From Candidatus Nanohalobium sp. (GTDB lineage Archaea > Nanohalarchaeota > Nanosalinia > Nanosalinales > Nanosalinaceae): a DNA stretch of 17,055 nucleotides. The translations under genes and the position numbers were made by a program. The notes under the pieces were generated by a model. It did no database searches and was not told the origin of the DNA. It saw nothing but the letters and a program-made list of their open reading frames with translations. The stretch is taken from positions 1 to 17,055 of the forward strand of contig JBDGSL010000076.1 of NCBI GenBank assembly GCA_042217555.1. Direction: 5' to 3'. How positions within the stretch are numbered: the stretch's first letter is position 1; each line of letters starts with the position of its first letter. Of the stretch, positions 6,498 through 12,973 are shown in pieces.

Positions 6498-6830
6498 TCA
6501 CGGGTTCCAGTACTTGGTTATAAGCAGGGATGCTGCACCGCCGAGCAGGAACGCTGCGAAAGACAGGTTGAAGGCTTCTGTACCGGTAACCTGGTTGAAG
6601 CTGAGGTAGATGTAGGCTGCGAAGAAACTGTTTATGCCGAAGAGTAAAGGGTTCTGGAAGTTGCCGAGCGACCTCCATGCTTTTTCCAGGCTGCGGAACT
6701 GGAAGAGAAGCCAGGCCGACATGAAAACTGTTAGTGCGCCCGGTATCAGACCGGTACGTGTGTAGGTGAGGTAGCCCAGGACTGCAGAGAGGATTGAGAC
6801 GGTGACTGTTCTGTAAATCAAGCTTTCCAT
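6498..6830 (-). CDS. Hypothetical membrane protein (about 110 aa, four predicted TM helices)
   Basis: Four hydrophobic segments. ATG 6830 is preferred over GTG 6875 because TTTTAT lies at 6866-6861 and AGGT sits directly upstream. Confidence 0.75.
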   Translation of the reverse strand: MESLIYRTVTVSILSAVLGYLTYTRTGLIPGALTVFMSAWLLFQFRSLEKAWRSLGNFQNPLLFGINSFFAAYIYLSFNQVTGTEAFNLSFAAFLLGGAASLLITKYWNP

Positions 6831-6893
6831 ACCTGTTAAAGGAGTTGTTTGATCCAAGGGATAAAAGGTTTTCACTCTTCAAACTTTCTTACG

Positions 6894-7691
6894 ATGGAGT
6901 TCTCACTGACCCGTGTAGGAGGCAGCAACATGCATCTCCACGACTCCGGTAAGGAGTCACGGCTTCAACTGGTTTTCGTGCCGGGAGCTTTCTCTCCTGA
7001 GGCCTGGAAGTACCAGTTAAACTATTTTTCAAAGGATCGACGTACTATAAGTTTCCGGCCTACTGTCAGCAACAGGAGCTTTTCCGGTCACAGGGAGGCG
7101 TTGAAGGAAGTTCTGGATCAGGAGGAGGTAGATAATGCTGTGCTTGTAGGAAGCAGTTTTTCGGCTTCACTGGTACAGGGATTTGAGGTCAGGGAGGATG
7201 TTGCCGCCACCGTACTTGTAGGTGCAAGGAAGAAGCTGAAGAAGGATATCCCGGGTAATGTGTACCGTGTTTTTACCTCGGATCGTTTCCCTCCCAAGCT
7301 CTGCAAGAAGATGTTCTTCCCTTCTGTGAGGTACAGGGAGGTAAGGGATTTCTGCCGGGAAGTGGATTTCCTGGAGCCAGGTGATTTCAAAAGTTTCCAG
7401 GAACGTTTTGGTGTCCGGGAACCTGAGAAAGAGTGTCTTATCGTCCACGGAGAGAAAGACTTTTTCTCGGACAGGGACTACGTAAGGAAACTCCGTTCTC
7501 ATGCATCAGTTACGGTCGTGGAAACAGGATCTTTCAGCTTCTACGAGAAGCCACAGGAGTTCAACAAAACACTTAACGACTTCCTTCTGAAGATAGAAAG
7601 GAAGAAAGCTAGGGAAGAGATAGAGAAAACACAGGAACAGAACCGTACACTTGAAGAGTTCGAGAAAAGAATGGCAAAGGTGAGAAAATGA
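6894..7691 (+). CDS. Alpha/beta-hydrolase-fold protein, probably lacking the catalytic His, with a C-terminal coiled coil
   Basis: LVFVPG...W-x-YQ-x-x-YFS, LVGSSFS (nucleophile elbow), LIVHGEKD, and ETGSFSFYEKPQEFN where GH is expected. Start ATG 6894. Confidence 0.8.
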   Translation: MEFSLTRVGGSNMHLHDSGKESRLQLVFVPGAFSPEAWKYQLNYFSKDRRTISFRPTVSNRSFSGHREALKEVLDQEEVDNAVLVGSSFSASLVQGFEVREDVAATVLVGARKKLKKDIPGNVYRVFTSDRFPPKLCKKMFFPSVRYREVRDFCREVDFLEPGDFKSFQERFGVREPEKECLIVHGEKDFFSDRDYVRKLRSHASVTVVETGSFSFYEKPQEFNKTLNDFLLKIERKKAREEIEKTQEQNRTLEEFEKRMAKVRK

Positions 7692-8200
7692 TAGCAGGGC
7701 TTATACTTTCAGACGACGTTGAAAAGGAATGCAGCATGGCTTTCCTGGGTGAAGATCTGGAAACCTGTAAACTGACTACAAACGAAGAGATAGTTGAGAA
7801 GGTTGAAGAAAAAGAGCCGGAAGTCCTGGCCGTCGACGTCGGTACGGAGCAGTCGGCTCAGGAGCTTACCAAGAAGGAGAACAAGTTGAAGGAGGAAGGC
7901 CATATATTCACACCTAACTCCTATCAGAAGAGAAAAGTTGAAAGAATGCAAAGCCTTGAACGACACCTGAACCATGTTATGGGCGGCCAGGTAGAGATAA
8001 TCCGTTTTGAACCACAGATAACCGCCCAAGAACTTGTGATCGACAGTGAGGACGACCTTGAAGCTCTAGGAGTAGAAGGAGACATAGGAAGCGCGGAAGA
8101 GTTCGACGCAGTGCTCGGAGCTGTGACGGCAAGGTTCTACAGCCAGGGCCAGTTCCAGGATCTGGGAGTTGTGGTGCCTGAGAACCTGGACAAAACTTAA
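7688..8200 (+). CDS. DUF429-like (RNase H-fold) protein, degenerate
   Basis: The pattern MIAGLIL...AFL...EEI...VLAVD...E-x-x-L-x-x-x-G...IIRFEP...FDAVLGAVTA-x-x-Y-x-x-G follows the DUF429 layout. ATGA overlap with the upstream gene. Confidence 0.6.
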   Translation: MIAGLILSDDVEKECSMAFLGEDLETCKLTTNEEIVEKVEEKEPEVLAVDVGTEQSAQELTKKENKLKEEGHIFTPNSYQKRKVERMQSLERHLNHVMGGQVEIIRFEPQITAQELVIDSEDDLEALGVEGDIGSAEEFDAVLGAVTARFYSQGQFQDLGVVVPENLDKT

Positions 8201-8234
8201 AAGATTTTTAGTATGAAAAAGTAAATACAGGTAG

Positions 8235-8582
8235 ATGAAAATGGGTATGGAAAAATTTTACAGGACGGTCAGGCAGCAGTTTGGCCTGGACAAGGAACAG
8301 ATGAAGGAAGAGGTCAAGGACGAGGTAACCGCTGAACTCCGGGAAGAACTGGGAGAGGAGATAAGCTACATTGAGGCACAGCTCAAGGAATATGAACAGC
8401 TTGTCGCTGAAGTCAACCATCTTCTTGCAACCATGAGAAAGGACAGGATTCAGAAGAGAAGTGAAGGCAAGGAGATAAGGATGAACGACGTTGAGGAAGA
8501 CTTGCAGCCTCTCAAATCCAAGCTCCGGAAACTGGAGAAATCCATGCAGAAACGTCTGGACGAAGGAACTGCGTTCAGCTAG
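8235..8582 (+). CDS. Hypothetical coiled-coil protein (115 aa)
   Basis: E/K-rich heptad pattern, AGGT just upstream, and a T-run after the stop. Confidence 0.75.
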   Translation: MKMGMEKFYRTVRQQFGLDKEQMKEEVKDEVTAELREELGEEISYIEAQLKEYEQLVAEVNHLLATMRKDRIQKRSEGKEIRMNDVEEDLQPLKSKLRKLEKSMQKRLDEGTAFS

Positions 8583-8631
8583 AAAAAGTTTTTTAGCCAG
8601 GGAGTCACAAGTTCCGGAGGAAAAAGAGGGT

Positions 8632-9522
8632 TTAGTCCAGTATTTCTTCCACGAATTTTTCTTTGTCAAACCTTTCCAGGTCGCTGTATTCCTGTCCGGT
8701 ACCAAGGAAGGCGACAGGTTTACCTGATCTCTGGCTTATAGAGATGATAGCTCCTCCGTTCTCGTCGACATCCATCTTAGTCATTATTATCGCGTCAAAC
8801 ATTCCTTCGTAGGCTTCTGCCTGTTCCAGGACATCGTTCCCTGCCAGTGCGTCAACCACGAGGAAGGAAACATCCGGCTCGTTGACCCTGACCATCTTCT
8901 CCAGCTCGTTCATCAGGTTCTGATCCGAATGTGAGCGCCCTGCGGTGTCGACCACGGCGACCTTGTCCTCGTTCTCAGCATGCTCTACAGTATCATAGGC
9001 AACTGCAGCCGGGTCCGACTCGTACTCATGTGAGATAACTTTGGTGTCCAGTGCTTTACCGTGCTCCTGAAGCTGTTCAATGGAAGCAGCCCGGAAAGTA
9101 TCTCCTGCACCCAGAACTACTTCCTCTCCGTTCTCCTGCAGCATCTTGGTAATTTTTCCTGCCGTTGTTGTCTTTCCAGCGCCGTTGAATCCCATCAGAA
9201 AGACTACAGGAGGATTATCGGATTCAGAAAGTTCGTTTAAGAAGTCGTAGGAGTCGTCCAGAAGTTCAAGGAGGACTTCTTTCACCGCTTCATCTACTTT
9301 TTCCTCGGTCTTTCCACGTCTTACTTCCTCTCCTAGAAGCTGACCTCTCAACTCTTCTTCTATGGCTTCAGCGGCTTCCAGAGAGACGTTGTTCTGAAGA
9401 AGTTTCAGACGCAGTTCCTCCAGTAACGGTTGGAGTGTCTCTTCATCCAGTTCCTTCTCCGCTACCGCGGATTTGACATTCTCCGAAAAGTCCTTGACGG
9501 ATTCCTTGAACTTGTCCAGCAT
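8632..9522 (-). CDS. ftsY: SRP receptor FtsY (NG domain only, 296 aa)
   Basis: GFNGAGKTTT, GDTFRAA, DPAAVAYD, DTAGR, DALAGND, TKMDVD-x-x-GG and GTGQ-x-Y-x-DL. Start reassigned to ATG 9522 (MLDKFKESV) because the longer ORF overlaps prefoldin. Confidence 0.96.
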   Translation of the reverse strand: MLDKFKESVKDFSENVKSAVAEKELDEETLQPLLEELRLKLLQNNVSLEAAEAIEEELRGQLLGEEVRRGKTEEKVDEAVKEVLLELLDDSYDFLNELSESDNPPVVFLMGFNGAGKTTTAGKITKMLQENGEEVVLGAGDTFRAASIEQLQEHGKALDTKVISHEYESDPAAVAYDTVEHAENEDKVAVVDTAGRSHSDQNLMNELEKMVRVNEPDVSFLVVDALAGNDVLEQAEAYEGMFDAIIMTKMDVDENGGAIISISQRSGKPVAFLGTGQEYSDLERFDKEKFVEEILD

Positions 9523-9535
9523 CGTACCTGGCCGA

Positions 9536-9931
9536 TTATTCTCTCTGTTCCTGCATCTGCATCTGGATCTGCTGTAACTGTTGCTGCAGTTCCTGCAGGT
9601 TCTCTTCCAGGTCTTCCTCAGTTTCCAGGAGCTGTTCTTCTTCTTTTTCAAGTGCTTTCACAGCTTCCTGGTTGTCTCTTTCCTGGTAAGTGTCTCCTCC
9701 TATGTTTGTGACGACTTTACCGGTTTCCTGTATCTCTGCAGTAACAAAAGTTCCTTTTCCTACTGGTGCAAGTATTTCATCTCCTTCTTCAACGTTTTCC
9801 AGGTCTTTTACTGCCTTCACTGTTTCTTCAACGTTTTCCCTGCTCTGGTCTACCTGTTTCAGGTACTCCTGTATTTCCTCGATTTCCTGCTGTAGTTGCT
9901 GGTACTGCTGCATCATCTGCTGTTGTTCCAT
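9536..9931 (-). CDS. pfdA: Prefoldin subunit alpha
   Basis: Coiled coil, beta-hairpins (EILAPVG-x-G-x-FV, KVVTNIGG-x-x-Y-x-E), coiled coil; conserved rplX-pfdA-ftsY order; SD GAGG. Confidence 0.95.
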   Translation of the reverse strand: MEQQQMMQQYQQLQQEIEEIQEYLKQVDQSRENVEETVKAVKDLENVEEGDEILAPVGKGTFVTAEIQETGKVVTNIGGDTYQERDNQEAVKALEKEEEQLLETEEDLEENLQELQQQLQQIQMQMQEQRE

Positions 9932-9955
9932 TGTATTTTTTCCTCGTGTATGTTA

Positions 9956-10132
9956 TCAAGCTTTTTCTGAGTTGTTGATTTCGACGCTGCTTCTTGGCAA
10001 GGAGTGTTTGCTTCCGAGCTCTGCGTATACTTTGTCTTCTGCATGTTTTCTGCTTTCTGCTTCTACTTTTCGGGTGAATGGTTGTTCTTCTCTCCCGAGC
10101 TGGATTTTTCCTGAGAACTTGTATTCTGTCAT
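9956..10132 (-). CDS. rplX: 50S ribosomal protein eL20 (LX / L18Ae), 58 aa; not in the ORF track
   Basis: Manual translation: MTEYKFSGKIQLGREEQPFTRKVEAESRKHAEDKVYAELGSKHSLPRSSVEINNSEKA*. It carries the F-x-x-x-V-x-A...A-x-x-K-x-Y-x-x-LGSKH-x-x-x-R signature, lies directly upstream of pfdA, and has TTTAAAA about 30 nt upstream. Confidence 0.93.
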   Translation of the reverse strand: MTEYKFSGKIQLGREEQPFTRKVEAESRKHAEDKVYAELGSKHSLPRSSVEINNSEKA

Positions 10133-10175
10133 ACAGTTAGAACTGGTTGGCTGAATTCTTTTAAACTCTGTCGGT

Positions 10176-10571
10176 TTAGGTTATTTCGTCCAGTTTCTCG
10201 GCTGCTTCAAGTGCTGTCACTTTCTCCCTGTTTTTTCCTTTGGCTGGTGGTCTGTACGTCAGGTGCTGTCTTGCCTTTCTGTATTCTCTGTTTTCAACTG
10301 CTTTCTTGGTTCCTCCTACCGTGTTGGAGAGGAGTTGTTGCTGTATTTCATCCTGTTTTCCATTCAGTTCTCTGTGGAATTTTCTTCTGCCGTTTTGGAT
10401 TTCTGTGTCTACGAGTTCGGCTTTTTGAAGTTCTCTGAGTATGTTGCTGCATCTTTTCTGTTTGATCCCTGTTTTTTCGCTTATCTCGGTTTTTTTCAGG
10501 GGTTCTTTGAGTGCTTTGAGGATGGTTCTGCGTGCCGGGTTTGCGACAAGTTTTTGCCAGTGCTTCAGCAT
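10176..10571 (-). CDS. Winged helix-turn-helix DNA-binding protein (ArsR-like) with a C-terminal extension
   Basis: ANPARRTILKAL...KTEISEKTGI-x-x-x-x-x-SNIL-x-EL-x-KAELV...GRRKFH. TATAAAA at 10600-10594, about 29 nt upstream. Confidence 0.8.
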   Translation of the reverse strand: MLKHWQKLVANPARRTILKALKEPLKKTEISEKTGIKQKRCSNILRELQKAELVDTEIQNGRRKFHRELNGKQDEIQQQLLSNTVGGTKKAVENREYRKARQHLTYRPPAKGKNREKVTALEAAEKLDEIT

Positions 10572-10610
10572 GTTGAGTTTTTTAGTTCTACGTGATTTTA
10601 TACCTGTACT

Positions 10611-11408
10611 ATGTTAACCGAGTTTTCCCACATACTGGCTTTTTCCATGCTTTTCATTTCCTCTGTGTTCGATGTTAGAAGTGAACTGGGTGATGTACCG
10701 GATGTCTTTGCGGCCGTGGCTGTTATCGGTGGCGTTGTTTTACACGGAGCTCAAAGTTTTTTGACTGGCTCTTGGCTTCCTCTGGTTTACTGCCTGGCTG
10801 TGGGCACGGCTTTTTCGGCGTATGGGTGGGCTGCGTACTGGAAAGGTCTCTGGGGCGGTGCTGATGCTTTTGCCATGTCTGCGCTTGGTTTTGGAGCACC
10901 TTTCCTTACGGCTTCTGCTTCTGGAGTGATACTGCATGCAGGAGATCTTGTGATGAATCTGCTCGGGGTAGCAGTAGTTTACTCCGTGGCTTTCTCCGTT
11001 TTAAGGGCTTACCGTACTGAGGGTTTCCTTCAAGGATTCAGAGAAGTTGTTGTGGATAACAGGTTTAGGGCTGCGTTGTTTCTCGGTGCAGGGCTTTCCG
11101 TGTTTGTTTTCTTCGACTTTTTCCGTGCTTTCATGTTATACGGCCTGTTGATGGCAGGAGTGCTGGTAACTTACTTTCTCAGGGCTGTTGAGGACTATGC
11201 CATGGTTGAAGAAGTAGATGTGGATGATCTTGAAGGAGGTGAAGTTCTGAAAGGTGAAAGGATTAGAGGAGTTACAGAAGAGGAGATAGATGAAATGGAG
11301 GGTACAGTGGAAGTCATGCATGGCCTGAGGTTTTTACCGGTCTTTCCTGTTGCTTTGCTCCTGACTGACGCTGGTTTCTCTATATTGGTGTTTATTATTT
11401 CTCTTTGA
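10611..11408 (+). CDS. Prepilin/prearchaellin peptidase, family A24 (PibD/FlaK-like)
   Basis: Polytopic; first catalytic Asp in SSVFDVR...VPD, GxGD-type motif WGGADA, and C-terminal RFLPVFPVALL. Confidence 0.9.
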   Translation: MLTEFSHILAFSMLFISSVFDVRSELGDVPDVFAAVAVIGGVVLHGAQSFLTGSWLPLVYCLAVGTAFSAYGWAAYWKGLWGGADAFAMSALGFGAPFLTASASGVILHAGDLVMNLLGVAVVYSVAFSVLRAYRTEGFLQGFREVVVDNRFRAALFLGAGLSVFVFFDFFRAFMLYGLLMAGVLVTYFLRAVEDYAMVEEVDVDDLEGGEVLKGERIRGVTEEEIDEMEGTVEVMHGLRFLPVFPVALLLTDAGFSILVFIISL

Positions 11409-11958
11409 TCTCTTTGACATGTTCTTTTATCCGTTGCTGGTAGACTGGCTCCCTGTCTTTCAGGTTACGGTACCAGTAGATCCACATCAGGAGTATAAGC
11501 AGGGTAAGACTCCATCTCCAGAGTACTCTGTGTACGACTTCGAATGAGATCACTCCTTTTTCTGCGAGAAGCACGGTGGTGTAGATACGGATGATGTTAG
11601 CTATGATCAATGCTGTGAATCCCTGTATCAGAAAGTTCAGGTGTTCGAGGGTTCTCTCCGTTGAGGCGAAGATGAGGCCTGTGAATGCGGCTATACTCTT
11701 CCATCCCAGGCAGTCCTGTGTGATAACGTACGTGGTCCCCGATATTATGATTGAGAAGCCTTCTGTAACTGTTTTGATACCTGAGGAGTTGAGCATTGAT
11801 GCCGTGATGTCAGCCAGTAGGGACTGAAAAAGACGTGTGTCCGGGTATATCCAGAGTATGAGGTGGAATACTCCGCCGGCAAGCATCAGTTTGGATAGAA
11901 ATAGAAGTGTCTGGTAAAGATTTTCCTGGGTTTCCGTGAACTCTTCTCTATCTATCAT
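11395..11958 (-). CDS. Exosortase/archaeosortase family protein
   Basis: Putative Cys-Arg-His triad in ITQDCLG, ANIIRI and FEVVH; about four TM helices. Confidence 0.88.
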   Translation of the reverse strand: MIDREEFTETQENLYQTLLFLSKLMLAGGVFHLILWIYPDTRLFQSLLADITASMLNSSGIKTVTEGFSIIISGTTYVITQDCLGWKSIAAFTGLIFASTERTLEHLNFLIQGFTALIIANIIRIYTTVLLAEKGVISFEVVHRVLWRWSLTLLILLMWIYWYRNLKDREPVYQQRIKEHVKEIKEK

Positions 11959-12973
11959 TCTGGTACTCCTCTATTACGGATTCAAAGTCGGTTGAGTCCG
12001 GGAGTTCCTCTACCACCATGTAGTCCCTGAGTTCTACACCTTCAACTTCCTCTACATGATGGATTTCGACTCCCTGTTTTTGAAGTTTTTCGATCAGAGT
12101 GCGGTCACGTGCAACTGCTTTTTCAGGAGGCCTTTCCTCCTCTTCCTCCAATACCGGGACTACAGAGAAATTGTTTAGGCGTATGTTTTCGAGGGCTTCC
12201 CTGTACTGCCGCTCTCTTATCGCTGCTTTTTCCAGTTCTCTTCTTAATTCCTCTATCTCTGCCTCTTTATCTCTTATTATGGCTTCTCTTTTCTTTATCT
12301 CTCTGTTTTCAACTACTTCCTTTCTTTCTTCCTCTTTTATTTTTTCCAGACGGTTTTCAAGTTTTCTGACTCTGTCTTCTTTGTCTTCTTTCTCTGTTTT
12401 CAGGTCTTCTACCTGTTTTTCCAGGTTTTCTATTTTTCTCTGCATCCTCTGTATCCTCTGCTTTCCGTCGTTTTTCCCTGGTTTTTCTGTTTTTTCTCCG
12501 TTCGGAACAGTTTGTTCGTGTTCTGTATCTTCTTCGTCATTTTCTTCCAGGGGTCGGTCCTTGAATATCTTTCGGGCTATCTCTTCCAGTGGTTTTTCCA
12601 TCCTGTCGTCGTACTTTCTTATCTTCTGGATGTCCCTCTGGAGCTGTCTGTGTGCGTTTACGGCTGATGCTACGGCGTCCAGTTCGTGGCTGTTGGCTCC
12701 TTTACCCAGTTCTTTCTTTCTCTCCGTTGAGAGATCGGTTTCAGGTTCGTAGAGCCGGGCTCCGACAGAGTTTGCGATCTTTTCAACTTTGCTGGGGGTT
12801 TTGCCTTTGTCTGATGTCACGACGACAGGTTTTCCTACCTTCACTGTTCTCTGTATGATTTTCCGTGGTGGAAAGTTTTTTCCTGATTCCAGAAGCTGTA
12901 TTTCTCCGTTCAGGTCTACTGCTGCTACTGCTGATGTGCTGCCAGGATCTATGCCTACAATCAGTGGTTTCAC
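11948..12973 (-). CDS. DUF460 domain protein (RNase H-like N-terminus plus long coiled coil)
   Basis: LIVGIDPG-x-T-x-AVA-x-x-DL-x-G, GKPVVV-x-SD...P-x-x-VEKIA, P-x-x-DLS-x-x-x-K, N-x-HE-x-DA-x-A-x-A. The GTG start overlaps the Hef stop. Confidence 0.88.
   Translation of the reverse strand: MKPLIVGIDPGSTSAVAAVDLNGEIQLLESGKNFPPRKIIQRTVKVGKPVVVTSDKGKTPSKVEKIANSVGARLYEPETDLSTERKKELGKGANSHELDAVASAVNAHRQLQRDIQKIRKYDDRMEKPLEEIARKIFKDRPLEENDEEDTEHEQTVPNGEKTEKPGKNDGKQRIQRMQRKIENLEKQVEDLKTEKEDKEDRVRKLENRLEKIKEEERKEVVENREIKKREAIIRDKEAEIEELRRELEKAAIRERQYREALENIRLNNFSVVPVLEEEEERPPEKAVARDRTLIEKLQKQGVEIHHVEEVEGVELRDYMVVEELPDSTDFESVIEEYQNDR

Noticed and set aside
6478..6882. 134-aa minus-strand ORF
   Set aside because: Alternative frame of the 4-TM membrane gene, which has the more coherent hydrophobic pattern and promoter spacing.
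8208..8705. 165-aa minus-strand ORF
   Set aside because: Antisense shadow of the coiled-coil gene, also overlapping the ftsY 3' end.
9523..9651. Basic, Cys-rich N-terminal extension of FtsY
   Set aside because: Out-of-frame read of the CAG-rich prefoldin 3' end.
9536..9931. CAG/Gln-rich low-complexity ends of prefoldin as a repeat element
   Set aside because: Explained by Gln-rich coiled-coil tips; no discrete repeat unit.
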